From sequence record SRR2962707_774: a stretch of DNA of 36,660 bases. One strand, given 5' to 3'. Both the position numbers and the translations under genes were made by a program. Positions 1-8,736 of the stretch are shown in pieces; within the stretch, counting starts at the first letter, position 1, and each line of letters begins with the position of its first letter. A model generated the notes under the pieces. The model saw nothing but the letters and a program-made list of their open reading frames with translations, ran no database searches and was not told where the DNA came from.

Positions 1-24
1 CATCCCGGCGAAAGCCGGGATCCA
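1..24. repeat. REP-like palindromic element (GAAA-tetraloop hairpin), probably clipped at the window start
   Basis: ATCCCGGC (2-9) GAAA (10-13) GCCGGGAT (14-21) is a perfect 8-bp stem followed by CCA; it resembles the GTCATCCCGGCGAAAGCCGGGATCCA-type intergenic repeats common in alphaproteobacteria. Confidence 0.65.
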
Positions 25-365
25 TGGGCCGTGCGTCGTACTCCGGCCGGCACGCCTGTGTACTCCAAAACCGCGCATAACTTTTTCCTCGCCGAACATC
101 TGCAAGTGCCCAAAAGACACGGGGATTATTTCTTCGAGCCCGTCGCGCGGGCCGGGCAGGGCGGGGATAACTCTCAATCAATCCGTACACAAATTAAATG
201 ATCCCGCGTTTATGACGTTCGTGTAACAGTTCAGTGACAGCCACCCCCGCTTTATCCCCCTTCGGCGGAATCCCGCGCTTTTTCAGGGTCCTGCGGCAGG
301 CGCGGCGTCGCGTGTGATCCTGTGTTAATCTCGTCTTCGGAAGTGGTCACAAATGGCAGGGCTGT

Positions 366-1814
366 TTGCCGGATTTCTTAACCAGACCAAGGGCTTGGGC
401 GCAGCGTCTGCGCGCGCTCGCGGGCGTTTTCGCGCCGCGTCTGGGACGCAGCCGCATCCCCTGGGTCGCGCCGGTCCTCCTCGTCCTGTTCGGGTTGAAC
501 CATCTCGCTTACCTCTATGTCTACGTCCCTCCGGTCCCTCAAGGCCTTGAGAAGATTAAGGAATCCGGAACCCTCGTCGTGCTGACGCGCAACGCGCCGA
601 CCACCTGGTACGAAGGCATCGAGGGCCTCACCGGCTTTGAATACGAGATGATGACGCGCCTCGCGAAGTCGCTCGGCGTCGCGGTCGAGTTTCGGATTTA
701 CGAGACAGAACAAGGGCTTATGGACGCGCTGGCGGGCCGCAAGGGCCACATCGCCGCCGCCGGCCTCGTCGCCACGGAGGCCCGCCGTGAGGTCTTCGCC
801 GTCGGCGCGGAGTATGAGGAGGTCCGCCAGCAGGTCGCCTGCCGCCGCGGCATCAAGCTCCCGAAAAAACCGAGCGATCTCAATGGCTTGTCCGTCGCCG
901 CCTCGGCCGGCACGCCCGCCGCGGAGGCGCTCGCCGCCGCTCTTGCCGATGTCGAAGACGCCGCGCCGCTGCGCCTCGAAAATCAGCCTACGGAGGATCT
1001 GCTCAGCCGCCTCGCCGAGGGCGATCTCGATTGCGTGGCCGTCGATGAACTCGTGCTCCGCGTCACCAATCCCTATCACCCGGAAATCGCGCAAGCCTTT
1101 GATCTGACAGGGGAACAGCCCATCGCCTGGCTCCTCGCGCCGGGCTCCGAAGACCTGGGCGAGCCCGTCCGCCACTGGTTCGCGGGCACCAAAAAGTCGG
1201 GCACCTTCGCCTCGCTGGAGCGCCACTTCTTCGGTTTTCTGCCGCTTTTCGACTATGTCGATATCCGCGCCTTCAAGCGCGCGGTCGATGAGCGCCTGCC
1301 GGACTACGAAAAGGCGATCCGCCGCGCCGCACGCGAAAATAACCTGCCGTGGCAACTACTTGCGGCTGTTGCGTATCAGGAGTCGCACTGGAAGCCCGAT
1401 GCGAAAAGCGGCACGGGCGTGCGCGGTTTCATGATGCTGACGCAGCAGACCGCACGCGAACTCGGCGTCGAAAACCGTCTCGACGCGCATCAGAGCATCG
1501 ACGCGGCAGCGCGCTATCTCGCTGATCTGAAAAGCAGAATCCCCGTCAGCGTCGCGGAGCCGGACCGCACCTGGTTCGCGCTCGCCGCCTACAATATGGG
1601 CCTCGGCCATGTCTATGACGCCCGCGCGCTCGCCGCCCGTCTGGGCCGTGATCGCGACAGTTGGACGGATCTGCGCCGGGTTCTGCCGCTTTTGAACAAT
1701 GCGGCGTATGCGGACGGTCTCCGCCACGGCAAGGCGAGGGGCGGGCAGGCGGTTCATTTCGTGCAGCAGGTCCGCACCTACATGCACATTCTGGACGGTG
1801 GCGCCGGGACCTAA
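366..1814 (+). CDS. mltF: Membrane-bound lytic murein transglycosylase F (SBP family 3 domain + SLT domain)
   Basis: N-terminal hydrophobic anchor; GTLVVLTRN..TTWY and GFEYEM SBP-like domain; SLT motifs AYQESHW (catalytic Glu), SGTGVRGFMMLT and ALAAYNMG; TTG start, exact start uncertain. Confidence 0.9.
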   Translation: MPDFLTRPRAWAQRLRALAGVFAPRLGRSRIPWVAPVLLVLFGLNHLAYLYVYVPPVPQGLEKIKESGTLVVLTRNAPTTWYEGIEGLTGFEYEMMTRLAKSLGVAVEFRIYETEQGLMDALAGRKGHIAAAGLVATEARREVFAVGAEYEEVRQQVACRRGIKLPKKPSDLNGLSVAASAGTPAAEALAAALADVEDAAPLRLENQPTEDLLSRLAEGDLDCVAVDELVLRVTNPYHPEIAQAFDLTGEQPIAWLLAPGSEDLGEPVRHWFAGTKKSGTFASLERHFFGFLPLFDYVDIRAFKRAVDERLPDYEKAIRRAARENNLPWQLLAAVAYQESHWKPDAKSGTGVRGFMMLTQQTARELGVENRLDAHQSIDAAARYLADLKSRIPVSVAEPDRTWFALAAYNMGLGHVYDARALAARLGRDRDSWTDLRRVLPLLNNAAYADGLRHGKARGGQAVHFVQQVRTYMHILDGGAGT

Positions 1815-1835
1815 GCACTTGAGATCGCTGGGGTA

Positions 1836-2675
1836 TCAAAGCCAGTCGTTGACCTTCACCCCGAAATCTTCCGCCAGAATCCGGTTCGGGAGCCGGTAAT
1901 AGCTGGAAAGGTAGGCGATGAGCTCCGGCGAGGGCGGGTCGTATGTCTTGACCCCCTTGTTCTCGACGCTGAGCACCTGCCGCCCGGCTCCGAGAAAGTC
2001 GCAAATCCGGTCGATTTCCTGCTGCGGCGCTGCGTTGAAGTCCTCAAGGCGCAGCAAATGGATCTGCGCCGCATCGAAATGTCTGCGCATCCGGCTGATC
2101 TGAAGATGATAGAGGCCGCGCGCATGATAGCCGTAAGGCGAGGTGCGGAAGGGCTTCACGTCATGGCGCGATATGTCCCGCTGGTCTTCAAGCAATTCAT
2201 CGAAAAACGCCCTGCCGGTTAGTTTACGGATGCGCAGCGAGTGATTGATGTGGGAAACGGCGCGCTTCACGGGATCGCGCATGATGAAGATCAGCTTGAG
2301 CGCCGGATTGTACTGCGCCAGGCGCTCCATCGTCGCTGGATGATACGCATAGGAGGGTGTGCTCTCCCCCCGCAACTTCAAGTGGCGGCCGCCTTCGAAA
2401 TGCATCTGATAGCTCGCGACCGAAGGAGGCAAGGGTTTGTCCCAGGCATGCAGCTCCTTGCGGGCCGTCATGAAGATTTCCGGATGCTGCGTGAGCGTCG
2501 CATGGAGCGTGCTCGTCCCCGCCTTCATGGCCCCCACGATCATGAAGGTAGGCCCTGCAGGCAGCTCCTTGCCGAAACGGGATGCCAGCTGCCGCATCGC
2601 GATCGAAAAGGCCCCGGCAGGATGGAGGTATTTGGTGCCGGCGCGGCGATTGGGGGATGGTCGGGAGGACTTCAT
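1836..2675 (-). CDS. PAPS-dependent sulfotransferase (Sulfotransfer_1, heparan-sulfate O/N-sulfotransferase-like)
   Basis: 5'-PSB loop FMIVGAMKAGTSTL, KELHAWD, ESTPSY and 3'-PB motif RDPVKRAVSH; start could lie further downstream (MRQLASRF). Confidence 0.85.
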   Translation of the reverse strand: MKSSRPSPNRRAGTKYLHPAGAFSIAMRQLASRFGKELPAGPTFMIVGAMKAGTSTLHATLTQHPEIFMTARKELHAWDKPLPPSVASYQMHFEGGRHLKLRGESTPSYAYHPATMERLAQYNPALKLIFIMRDPVKRAVSHINHSLRIRKLTGRAFFDELLEDQRDISRHDVKPFRTSPYGYHARGLYHLQISRMRRHFDAAQIHLLRLEDFNAAPQQEIDRICDFLGAGRQVLSVENKGVKTYDPPSPELIAYLSSYYRLPNRILAEDFGVKVNDWL

Positions 2676-2828
2676 TTAACCGGCGGTTTCGGCCCCGGAC
2701 GGTGATCTGCGGGGCTGTGGACTAATTCTTTCACAGGGTTATACCCTGCCTTGCGCCGTCGCAACACACTCGCCTAGTCTGCCTGTTTCAGGGATACGGA
2801 TCGGACATGAGGTTGGTCAGGGACCGGG

Positions 2829-5438
2829 TTGGGCCGCAATCAAGCTGAACCGCAAAACGAGAACAAGAAGTCCTCGCCAGATGAAAGTCGGACCGGACCA
2901 GTGAGTAATAGTCATATACCGGCTTCTCCGGTCACCTGGCGGTCGTTCTTGTTGCGTCGGGACAGGCTGCCGCTGCTGCGGGCCTATCTGCACATCTGGC
3001 GCTCCGGCTTGTTCGATCGCAAATGGTACTGGGAACAGAATCCCGACGTGCAGCGCCGCCGCGTCGACACCCTTCTTCACTATCTTCTCCGGGGCGCATC
3101 CGAAGGCCGCAAGCCCAACGAGGTTTTCGACAGCCGGTGGTATCTCGAAACCCACGGGGACGTTGCCGAGGCAGGCGTCAACCCGCTGCTGCACTACGTG
3201 CTCAGCGGTGCAGCCGAAGGCCGTCATCCGTCCGGCGATTTCTCCGTTCACGAGTATCTCGGACAGAACCCGGACGTGGCCACATCCGGCATGAACCCTC
3301 TCCTGCACTACCTGAAGTTCGGGCGCGGAGAAGGCCGGCGCATCGGCTACAACGACGACAATGTGTCATGGAAGCCCGCCCCGCGCCCGCTCGCGCCGCA
3401 CGCGGAAACCTGGCGTGATCTGGCGGAACACAAGGGAAGCTCCGGCGAACCGGCTTCGATCGATGTCGTTATCCCCGTCTATGCCGGCTTCGACGATACT
3501 CTTGCCTGCCTCCATTCTGTCCTGACGGCGCGGAACAGGACCGCCCATGAAGTCGTCGTGATCGACGATTGCTCTCCCGATCCGGCCCTGTCGGAAAAGC
3601 TCGACGAAATTTCGTCACTCGGCCTGATCACGCTTGTGAGGAACGAACGAAACCTCGGCTTTGTCGGAACGGCAAACCGGGGCATGCGGCGGCGGCCCGA
3701 TCGTGACGTGGTGCTGCTCAACTCGGATACGGTGGTCTATGGCGATTGGCTGGACCGGATTGTCGCGCATGCCGGTGAGGGGGTGGGAACGATCACGCCG
3801 CTTTCCACAAACGCGACGATCTGCAGCTATCCGGTCATCAACCGGAACAATTGCGAGCAACTGGAAATTCCGTTCGATGAACTCGACCGGATTTGTGCGG
3901 AAGTGAACGAGGGGCGCTCGGTTGAAATTCCGACCGGCGTCGGCTTCTGCATGTTTCTGAAGCGGGAGGTGCTCGACCAGGTGGGCTATTTCGACGAGGA
4001 AGCCTTTGGACGAGGCTATGGCGAGGAGAACGACCTCTGCCGTCGCGCTGCAGCCTCCGGCTGGAAAAACATCATGGCAGCCGACGTGTTCGTCCGGCAT
4101 ACCGGCGAAGTCTCTTTTGCGGCTTCCGCGAAGGAGGCGCAGCGCAAAGCCATACGCACCTTGCTTCGCAAGCACCCGCGTTACATGACGGAGATCAGGG
4201 ACTACATGGCGCGCGATCCGGCCGCGCCTCTGCGCAGACGCATCGACGCCGGCCGTTTCACGCTGAAGCACGAAAAAAACATTCTCTTCGTATCGCACAC
4301 CTGGGGCGGCGGTATCGAGCGGCATATTCGGGATATGTCCCGAATGTTATCGGGATCGGGCATCGGCGTTATCGTCCTCCGGCCGAGATATGCGAATAGT
4401 CTGTTGGCCACCATCGGATCATTGGATGCGGTGCGCATTCCAAATTTGAAGGCCCTCGATCTCGGGGGTGACTTGTCGGAGATCGTCGAATTGATGCGTC
4501 TCGCGGGAGTGACCGCGGTGCATGTTCATAGTCTCGCCGGCTGGGCGCCGGGTATTTACCAAGTGCTACCCGCACTGGCGAAGGATATGGGCGTGCCGAT
4601 GGATTTTACCTTCCATGATTTCATGGCGATATGTCCGCGTATAAATATGGTCACGACAGCTGGCCGGTTTTGCGGTGGACCGGAAAAAGCGATGTGTCGT
4701 GCCTGTTTGAAGGACGGCAACGAGTTCTCCGGCATCGATATAGAAACGTGGCAAAGTACATTCCTGCAATTCATCCAAGGTACTCGGCACCGCTACGCAC
4801 CGAGCGGCGACACGGCCAGTCGCATGAAGCCGTTTCTGAACGGGTTGAACGTGAGCATCCGTCCTCACCCTGAGCGCGAAGCGCCACAGGGGCTGGCTGC
4901 GGCGCCGTTCTCCGATGGAGACGTTTTGCGCGTCGCGGTCCCGGGCGCTATCGGCGTTCCCAAGGGCGCGGAAATTCTTTACCGGGCCGCCCGAAATGCG
5001 AGTCTTCTGAAGCTGCCTATCGAATTCGTTGTCGTGGGGTACACGGATCGCGACGCGGATTTCGAGAAACTCGGAAATGTGAAGGTCACAGGCTTATACT
5101 CGCACAAGGATATCCATGAGATGCTCGTGCGGGAGAGATGCCACCTTGCGATGATTCCATCGGTGTGGCCGGAAACATACTCCTACACACTGTCCGAACT
5201 TCTATCGTCGGGATTTCATGTTGCGGTTTTCCCGTTTGGCGCCCAATACGAGCGGCTGATCGAAACGGCACCGCATCTCGCGATCTGTCTCCCGATGGAG
5301 GGGCTCGCCGATCCGGTACTTATTAACCAATGTCTTCTCGAGAACCGGGCTGATATTGTAAAAAAAGAGGATCGCAAAGCTGCGCATCTTGAGCGTTCAT
5401 ATACTTATTCTTCCTATTACGAGACTGTAGATGACTGA
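2829..5438 (+). CDS. Multidomain glycosyltransferase: N-terminal 38-aa repeats + GT2 domain + GT4-like (GT-B) domain
   Basis: GT2 motifs VVIPVY, VIDDCSPD, NLGFVGTANRG, LLNSDT and GYGEENDLC; C-terminal HTWGGGIERH, TFHDF..CP and PSVWPETYSYTLSE; TTG start uncertain. Confidence 0.88.
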   Translation: MGRNQAEPQNENKKSSPDESRTGPVSNSHIPASPVTWRSFLLRRDRLPLLRAYLHIWRSGLFDRKWYWEQNPDVQRRRVDTLLHYLLRGASEGRKPNEVFDSRWYLETHGDVAEAGVNPLLHYVLSGAAEGRHPSGDFSVHEYLGQNPDVATSGMNPLLHYLKFGRGEGRRIGYNDDNVSWKPAPRPLAPHAETWRDLAEHKGSSGEPASIDVVIPVYAGFDDTLACLHSVLTARNRTAHEVVVIDDCSPDPALSEKLDEISSLGLITLVRNERNLGFVGTANRGMRRRPDRDVVLLNSDTVVYGDWLDRIVAHAGEGVGTITPLSTNATICSYPVINRNNCEQLEIPFDELDRICAEVNEGRSVEIPTGVGFCMFLKREVLDQVGYFDEEAFGRGYGEENDLCRRAAASGWKNIMAADVFVRHTGEVSFAASAKEAQRKAIRTLLRKHPRYMTEIRDYMARDPAAPLRRRIDAGRFTLKHEKNILFVSHTWGGGIERHIRDMSRMLSGSGIGVIVLRPRYANSLLATIGSLDAVRIPNLKALDLGGDLSEIVELMRLAGVTAVHVHSLAGWAPGIYQVLPALAKDMGVPMDFTFHDFMAICPRINMVTTAGRFCGGPEKAMCRACLKDGNEFSGIDIETWQSTFLQFIQGTRHRYAPSGDTASRMKPFLNGLNVSIRPHPEREAPQGLAAAPFSDGDVLRVAVPGAIGVPKGAEILYRAARNASLLKLPIEFVVVGYTDRDADFEKLGNVKVTGLYSHKDIHEMLVRERCHLAMIPSVWPETYSYTLSELLSSGFHVAVFPFGAQYERLIETAPHLAICLPMEGLADPVLINQCLLENRADIVKKEDRKAAHLERSYTYSSYYETVDD
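3012..3347 (+). repeat. Three tandem intragenic 114-nt (38-aa) repeats, consensus F.x.xWY.x.xNPDV.x.GxNPLLHY.x.xG.xEGR.P
   Basis: Phe codons start units at 3012, 3126 and 3240 (exact 114-nt period): FDRKWYWEQNPDV..LLHYLLRGASEGRKP, FDSRWYLETHGDV..NPLLHYVLSGAAEGRHP, FSVHEYLGQNPDV..NPLLHYLKFGRGEGRRI. Confidence 0.9.
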
Positions 5439-6228
5439 CAACGCACCCTTTTTCATCCTGGGCTGTGTTCGTTCGGGAACGACGCTGCTGCGCGACGTGC
5501 TTCGAACGAGCGAGCGCCTGGAGTGTCCGGAGGAAACCCAATACTACCGCTGGGGCCAGCCTTTCGGTGGCAACGGTTTTAGTAATCAGGTGCTGAAGCC
5601 GCAATTGCTCAAGCGCCACCGGAAAATGGACAAGGTCGATGAGACGTTGTTCGAGGAATTGATGGCCACTTCGCTGTCCCGCAAACATCTGCAGGATAGG
5701 TACATGGAAGCCTATCTGACCGCGCAATCGAAAAAGGCAAGCAGGTGGTTCGACAAGTCGCCACAGAATATCTATGGCTTGCCGCTCCTTTCGCATGACT
5801 ACCCCTCCGCAAAATTTGTGCACATCGTGCGGAATCCGTTGAATGTTGTGGCAAGCCTGATGGTCGGAAAGGTCGTCAAAGCACCGAGTGTCATCTCCGC
5901 AGCTAACTACTGGCGAGAGGCGGTGGCGATTTTCAACACGAGTCGCCCGCTTGTTAACAAGCGTTCTCGCGAGCTGCGGTATGAAAGCTTGACGTCAAAT
6001 CCGCAAGTTGAACTGCGGCACCTTTTGAACTTCGTGGGCGAAGACCCGCAATCTCTGTCATACGATCTCTCGAAAATTCACCCTGAGAAGGATCAGTACA
6101 AAAAGGTGCTCACTGACGAAGACATTGCGGTGGTTCGCGATATCTGCGGCCATTGGGCGAGGCATTATGACTACGACCTTTCGGTCAAAGGACTTGCCTC
6201 GCAACATAGAGAATCGAACGCGACATGA
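5431..6228 (+). CDS. Sulfotransferase (Sulfotransfer_3, TPST-like family)
   Basis: FFILGCVRSGTTLL (5'-PSB), DKSPQN, HIVRNPLNVVASL (3'-PB) and LRYESL; start overlaps upstream stop (ATGACTGA). Confidence 0.88.
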   Translation: MTDNAPFFILGCVRSGTTLLRDVLRTSERLECPEETQYYRWGQPFGGNGFSNQVLKPQLLKRHRKMDKVDETLFEELMATSLSRKHLQDRYMEAYLTAQSKKASRWFDKSPQNIYGLPLLSHDYPSAKFVHIVRNPLNVVASLMVGKVVKAPSVISAANYWREAVAIFNTSRPLVNKRSRELRYESLTSNPQVELRHLLNFVGEDPQSLSYDLSKIHPEKDQYKKVLTDEDIAVVRDICGHWARHYDYDLSVKGLASQHRESNAT

Positions 6229-6279
6229 TCGGGGAAGCCGGATTCCGCCTGCTGTGTTTGCGCCGCGGCTCGTTGGCTG

Positions 6280-8148
6280 GTGAGGTGGATACCCGGCGTT
6301 CGGAGCGTTGCCTCCGGACTCGCAGCTGACATGCTGCAAATTCTCCGGTTGATCGAAGCCGCCGAAACGCTCGGCCGGCTGGCCCTGTCGCGTTTCAGCT
6401 ACGTGGCCGCCCTGGAACGTTTTCACAAGAAGCGTGGAAATCCCGCTCCCTCGCGTGCCCCGCTTCCCGCTTTCGGCGGTGAGCGAAACGAAGCCAGCCC
6501 AGAGTTGATTTCTCTTGTCGTCCTGTCGCTGCACGGCGCAGAAATGTTGCGGACGCTCTTTGCGTCTATCATCCGGCACAATACCTGGCCCGATGTTGAA
6601 GTGCTGATCGTCGATCACGGTGGCGACGAGGAGACCCAAACGGCAATAGAAGAAGCCAGTCGGCACTTGAACATTCGTCATCTGAAGCCGGGTAGAAACT
6701 TCAATTTTTCATTTTCCTGCAATCGTGCCGCGCAAGTCGCGCGTGGCGATGTCGTCGTGTTCCTGAACAACGATATCGAATTCACCGAAGACATATTGCC
6801 GGGCATCGTGACTGCCGCGCGGAGCGGCGAAAACCTCGTCGGTGTGAAGTTTTGGTACAAAAAAGCAAACGGCGACGATGCGGAACGGCCCCAAACCGGT
6901 ATTCGCTTTCGCTGGAATGAGAGGCGAGGCTGGACAGTGCCCTACGAGGCAATTGTGGAGGGGGCCTCGGCAGACCGGCCGTGCGAGATACCCGCCATAA
7001 CGGCTGCCGTACTCGGGGTTTCCCGGAAACAATTCCTCAATATGGGCGGGTTTCACGAGAACTATCTCTACGCTTATGAAGATGTCGATTTTTGTTTGAA
7101 AGCGGAAACGCGCTTCGGAAAGAAAGCGATTTCCCTGAACGGCCTTTCCGCGAGACATTTATGGGGCGCAACCCGCATCAAGCGCTCATCACGCAAGAGG
7201 CGCCGCGACTGGCACCGCTACAGCATGTCTGTGTTTCGGTCTCGCTGTGGCTATCTCAGCAGGCGTCTGGCATGGCTCGGCTTGTTCGACGGCTCCGGGT
7301 TCGATTGGGGCCGCGGCCCGGCGATCGCGTTGATCGCAGGCAAAGGGACGGTGGGGCACGACGAGGATTGGAGAGGTGTTCCGGGATTCGAGGCCGTTCA
7401 GGCCGGCCTCGCTGGGTATAACCTCTACGGATACGATGTCCTTGTCTGCGGGAGCCCCGGCGTCTCGCCGGGCGCCATGCGTCACCTTGGCTTGATGACG
7501 CTGCGCGTCGCGTGGGTCTCCGCCAGCGACGAGGATTGGTCGTCGGTTTCAGACTTTTACGATGTGTTTGTCGCCAAGACGGGCGCGGCGGCGAAAACGG
7601 CTTCGCGCGCTCTGGATCGCCCGGTCCACTGTCTGGAACGGAGACAGGACGCGGATGGGCTGCGCGCTCTTCTGGCCGATTTTATCAAAACCCGTTTCCG
7701 CGTTCTTGTCGTTGCGTCGTCGCATGGAGGTGAAGTTGCCGCGCTGGCTGCGGGGTTTCGCAGGGAGGGGCACTCTGTCCATGTCCGGAGCGGTATCGAG
7801 CCCAGGGAGACGCTGCGCTACGATGTTGCGATCTGGTTCGAACCGACGACGCATGTCCCGGCTGCTGGTACGATACATGTGGTCATGCACGAGGTGGCGG
7901 AAGACTGGCGTGATTTTTACGATGTGCATTGCGGGTCTCGCGACGGCAACATCGAGATCTGGTTCGAAGCTTTGATGAGAGAAGTTTGGGCTTGTCACGA
8001 AAGGTTTATGGCGGGTCCTGAAGACGCCCCGCTGGACGACGTCGTCGCCTTCGATGATGCTGATGCGGAAGTGTTCTGGAACAGCCATGAAGATCCGACT
8101 GCCGGTCTGATCGGGCATACGGCACGTCCGCACGAGGAGAGGGCCTAG
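6280..8148 (+). CDS. GT2 family glycosyltransferase with uncharacterised C-terminal region
   Basis: EVLIVDHG, NFNFSFSCNRAA, VFLNNDIE and GGFHENYLYAYEDVDFC; start uncertain (GTG 6280 or ATG 6331). Confidence 0.82.
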   Translation: MRWIPGVRSVASGLAADMLQILRLIEAAETLGRLALSRFSYVAALERFHKKRGNPAPSRAPLPAFGGERNEASPELISLVVLSLHGAEMLRTLFASIIRHNTWPDVEVLIVDHGGDEETQTAIEEASRHLNIRHLKPGRNFNFSFSCNRAAQVARGDVVVFLNNDIEFTEDILPGIVTAARSGENLVGVKFWYKKANGDDAERPQTGIRFRWNERRGWTVPYEAIVEGASADRPCEIPAITAAVLGVSRKQFLNMGGFHENYLYAYEDVDFCLKAETRFGKKAISLNGLSARHLWGATRIKRSSRKRRRDWHRYSMSVFRSRCGYLSRRLAWLGLFDGSGFDWGRGPAIALIAGKGTVGHDEDWRGVPGFEAVQAGLAGYNLYGYDVLVCGSPGVSPGAMRHLGLMTLRVAWVSASDEDWSSVSDFYDVFVAKTGAAAKTASRALDRPVHCLERRQDADGLRALLADFIKTRFRVLVVASSHGGEVAALAAGFRREGHSVHVRSGIEPRETLRYDVAIWFEPTTHVPAAGTIHVVMHEVAEDWRDFYDVHCGSRDGNIEIWFEALMREVWACHERFMAGPEDAPLDDVVAFDDADAEVFWNSHEDPTAGLIGHTARPHEERA

Positions 8149-8151
8149 CCA

Positions 8152-8736
8152 ATGGAAATACGTATGGGCTGCGCGGCCGATACCGACAATCTGGTCAGGT
8201 ATCTGTTGATGGCTGGCGAAGGAATTTTCGAGCACCTCTTCGACGATGCCTATCCGGGTCTCACGGCACGTGACGCGCTTGCACTCGGCGTGGGCGACGA
8301 AACAAGCCCTTACCATTTCGAAAATGCGTATCTCGTCGAAGCGGAGAATGGCGCGGTCGGATGCCTTGTCGCGTTTCCTTCCGAAGAGCTCGGTCTGCCG
8401 GAAATCGTCTACAGTGTGCTGCCCAAGGAACGGATCGACCCGGCGCGGCCACTTTTTGAGCAGCGTGTCCCGGACAGTTTCTACATCAACACCCTGGCTG
8501 TGGATGAAGCGGCGCGCGGGCGGGGCGTGGGGACGCTGTTGCTGGACTTTGCGTCCGAACTCGCTCGCAGTTCAGGTTGCGACAGTCTCACCTTGCATGC
8601 ATGGGGTGACAACGAACCGGCACTTGCCCTCTATCGGTCTCACGGATTTCAGGAACTTGAGAAAATACATCTTCCCAAGACACCCGCACTGGCGCATGAC
8701 GCGCCAATGCTCCTGCTGAAATGCCCTCTCGCGTGA
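8152..8736 (+). CDS. GNAT family N-acetyl/acyltransferase
   Basis: FYINTLAVDEAARGRGVGTLLL (acetyl-CoA motif A) and NEPALALYRSHGF (motif B); SD GAGGAG upstream. Confidence 0.9.
   Translation: MEIRMGCAADTDNLVRYLLMAGEGIFEHLFDDAYPGLTARDALALGVGDETSPYHFENAYLVEAENGAVGCLVAFPSEELGLPEIVYSVLPKERIDPARPLFEQRVPDSFYINTLAVDEAARGRGVGTLLLDFASELARSSGCDSLTLHAWGDNEPALALYRSHGFQELEKIHLPKTPALAHDAPMLLLKCPLA

Noticed and set aside
2676-2828. ops/JUMPstart element upstream of the capsule operon
   Set aside because: Only GGCGGTTT was found, not GGCGGTAG; no supporting JUMPstart context
3012-3347. 114-nt periodic repeats as a CRISPR array or non-coding tandem repeat
   Set aside because: In-frame, diverged at DNA level, conserved at protein level, no repeat-spacer structure and no cas genes
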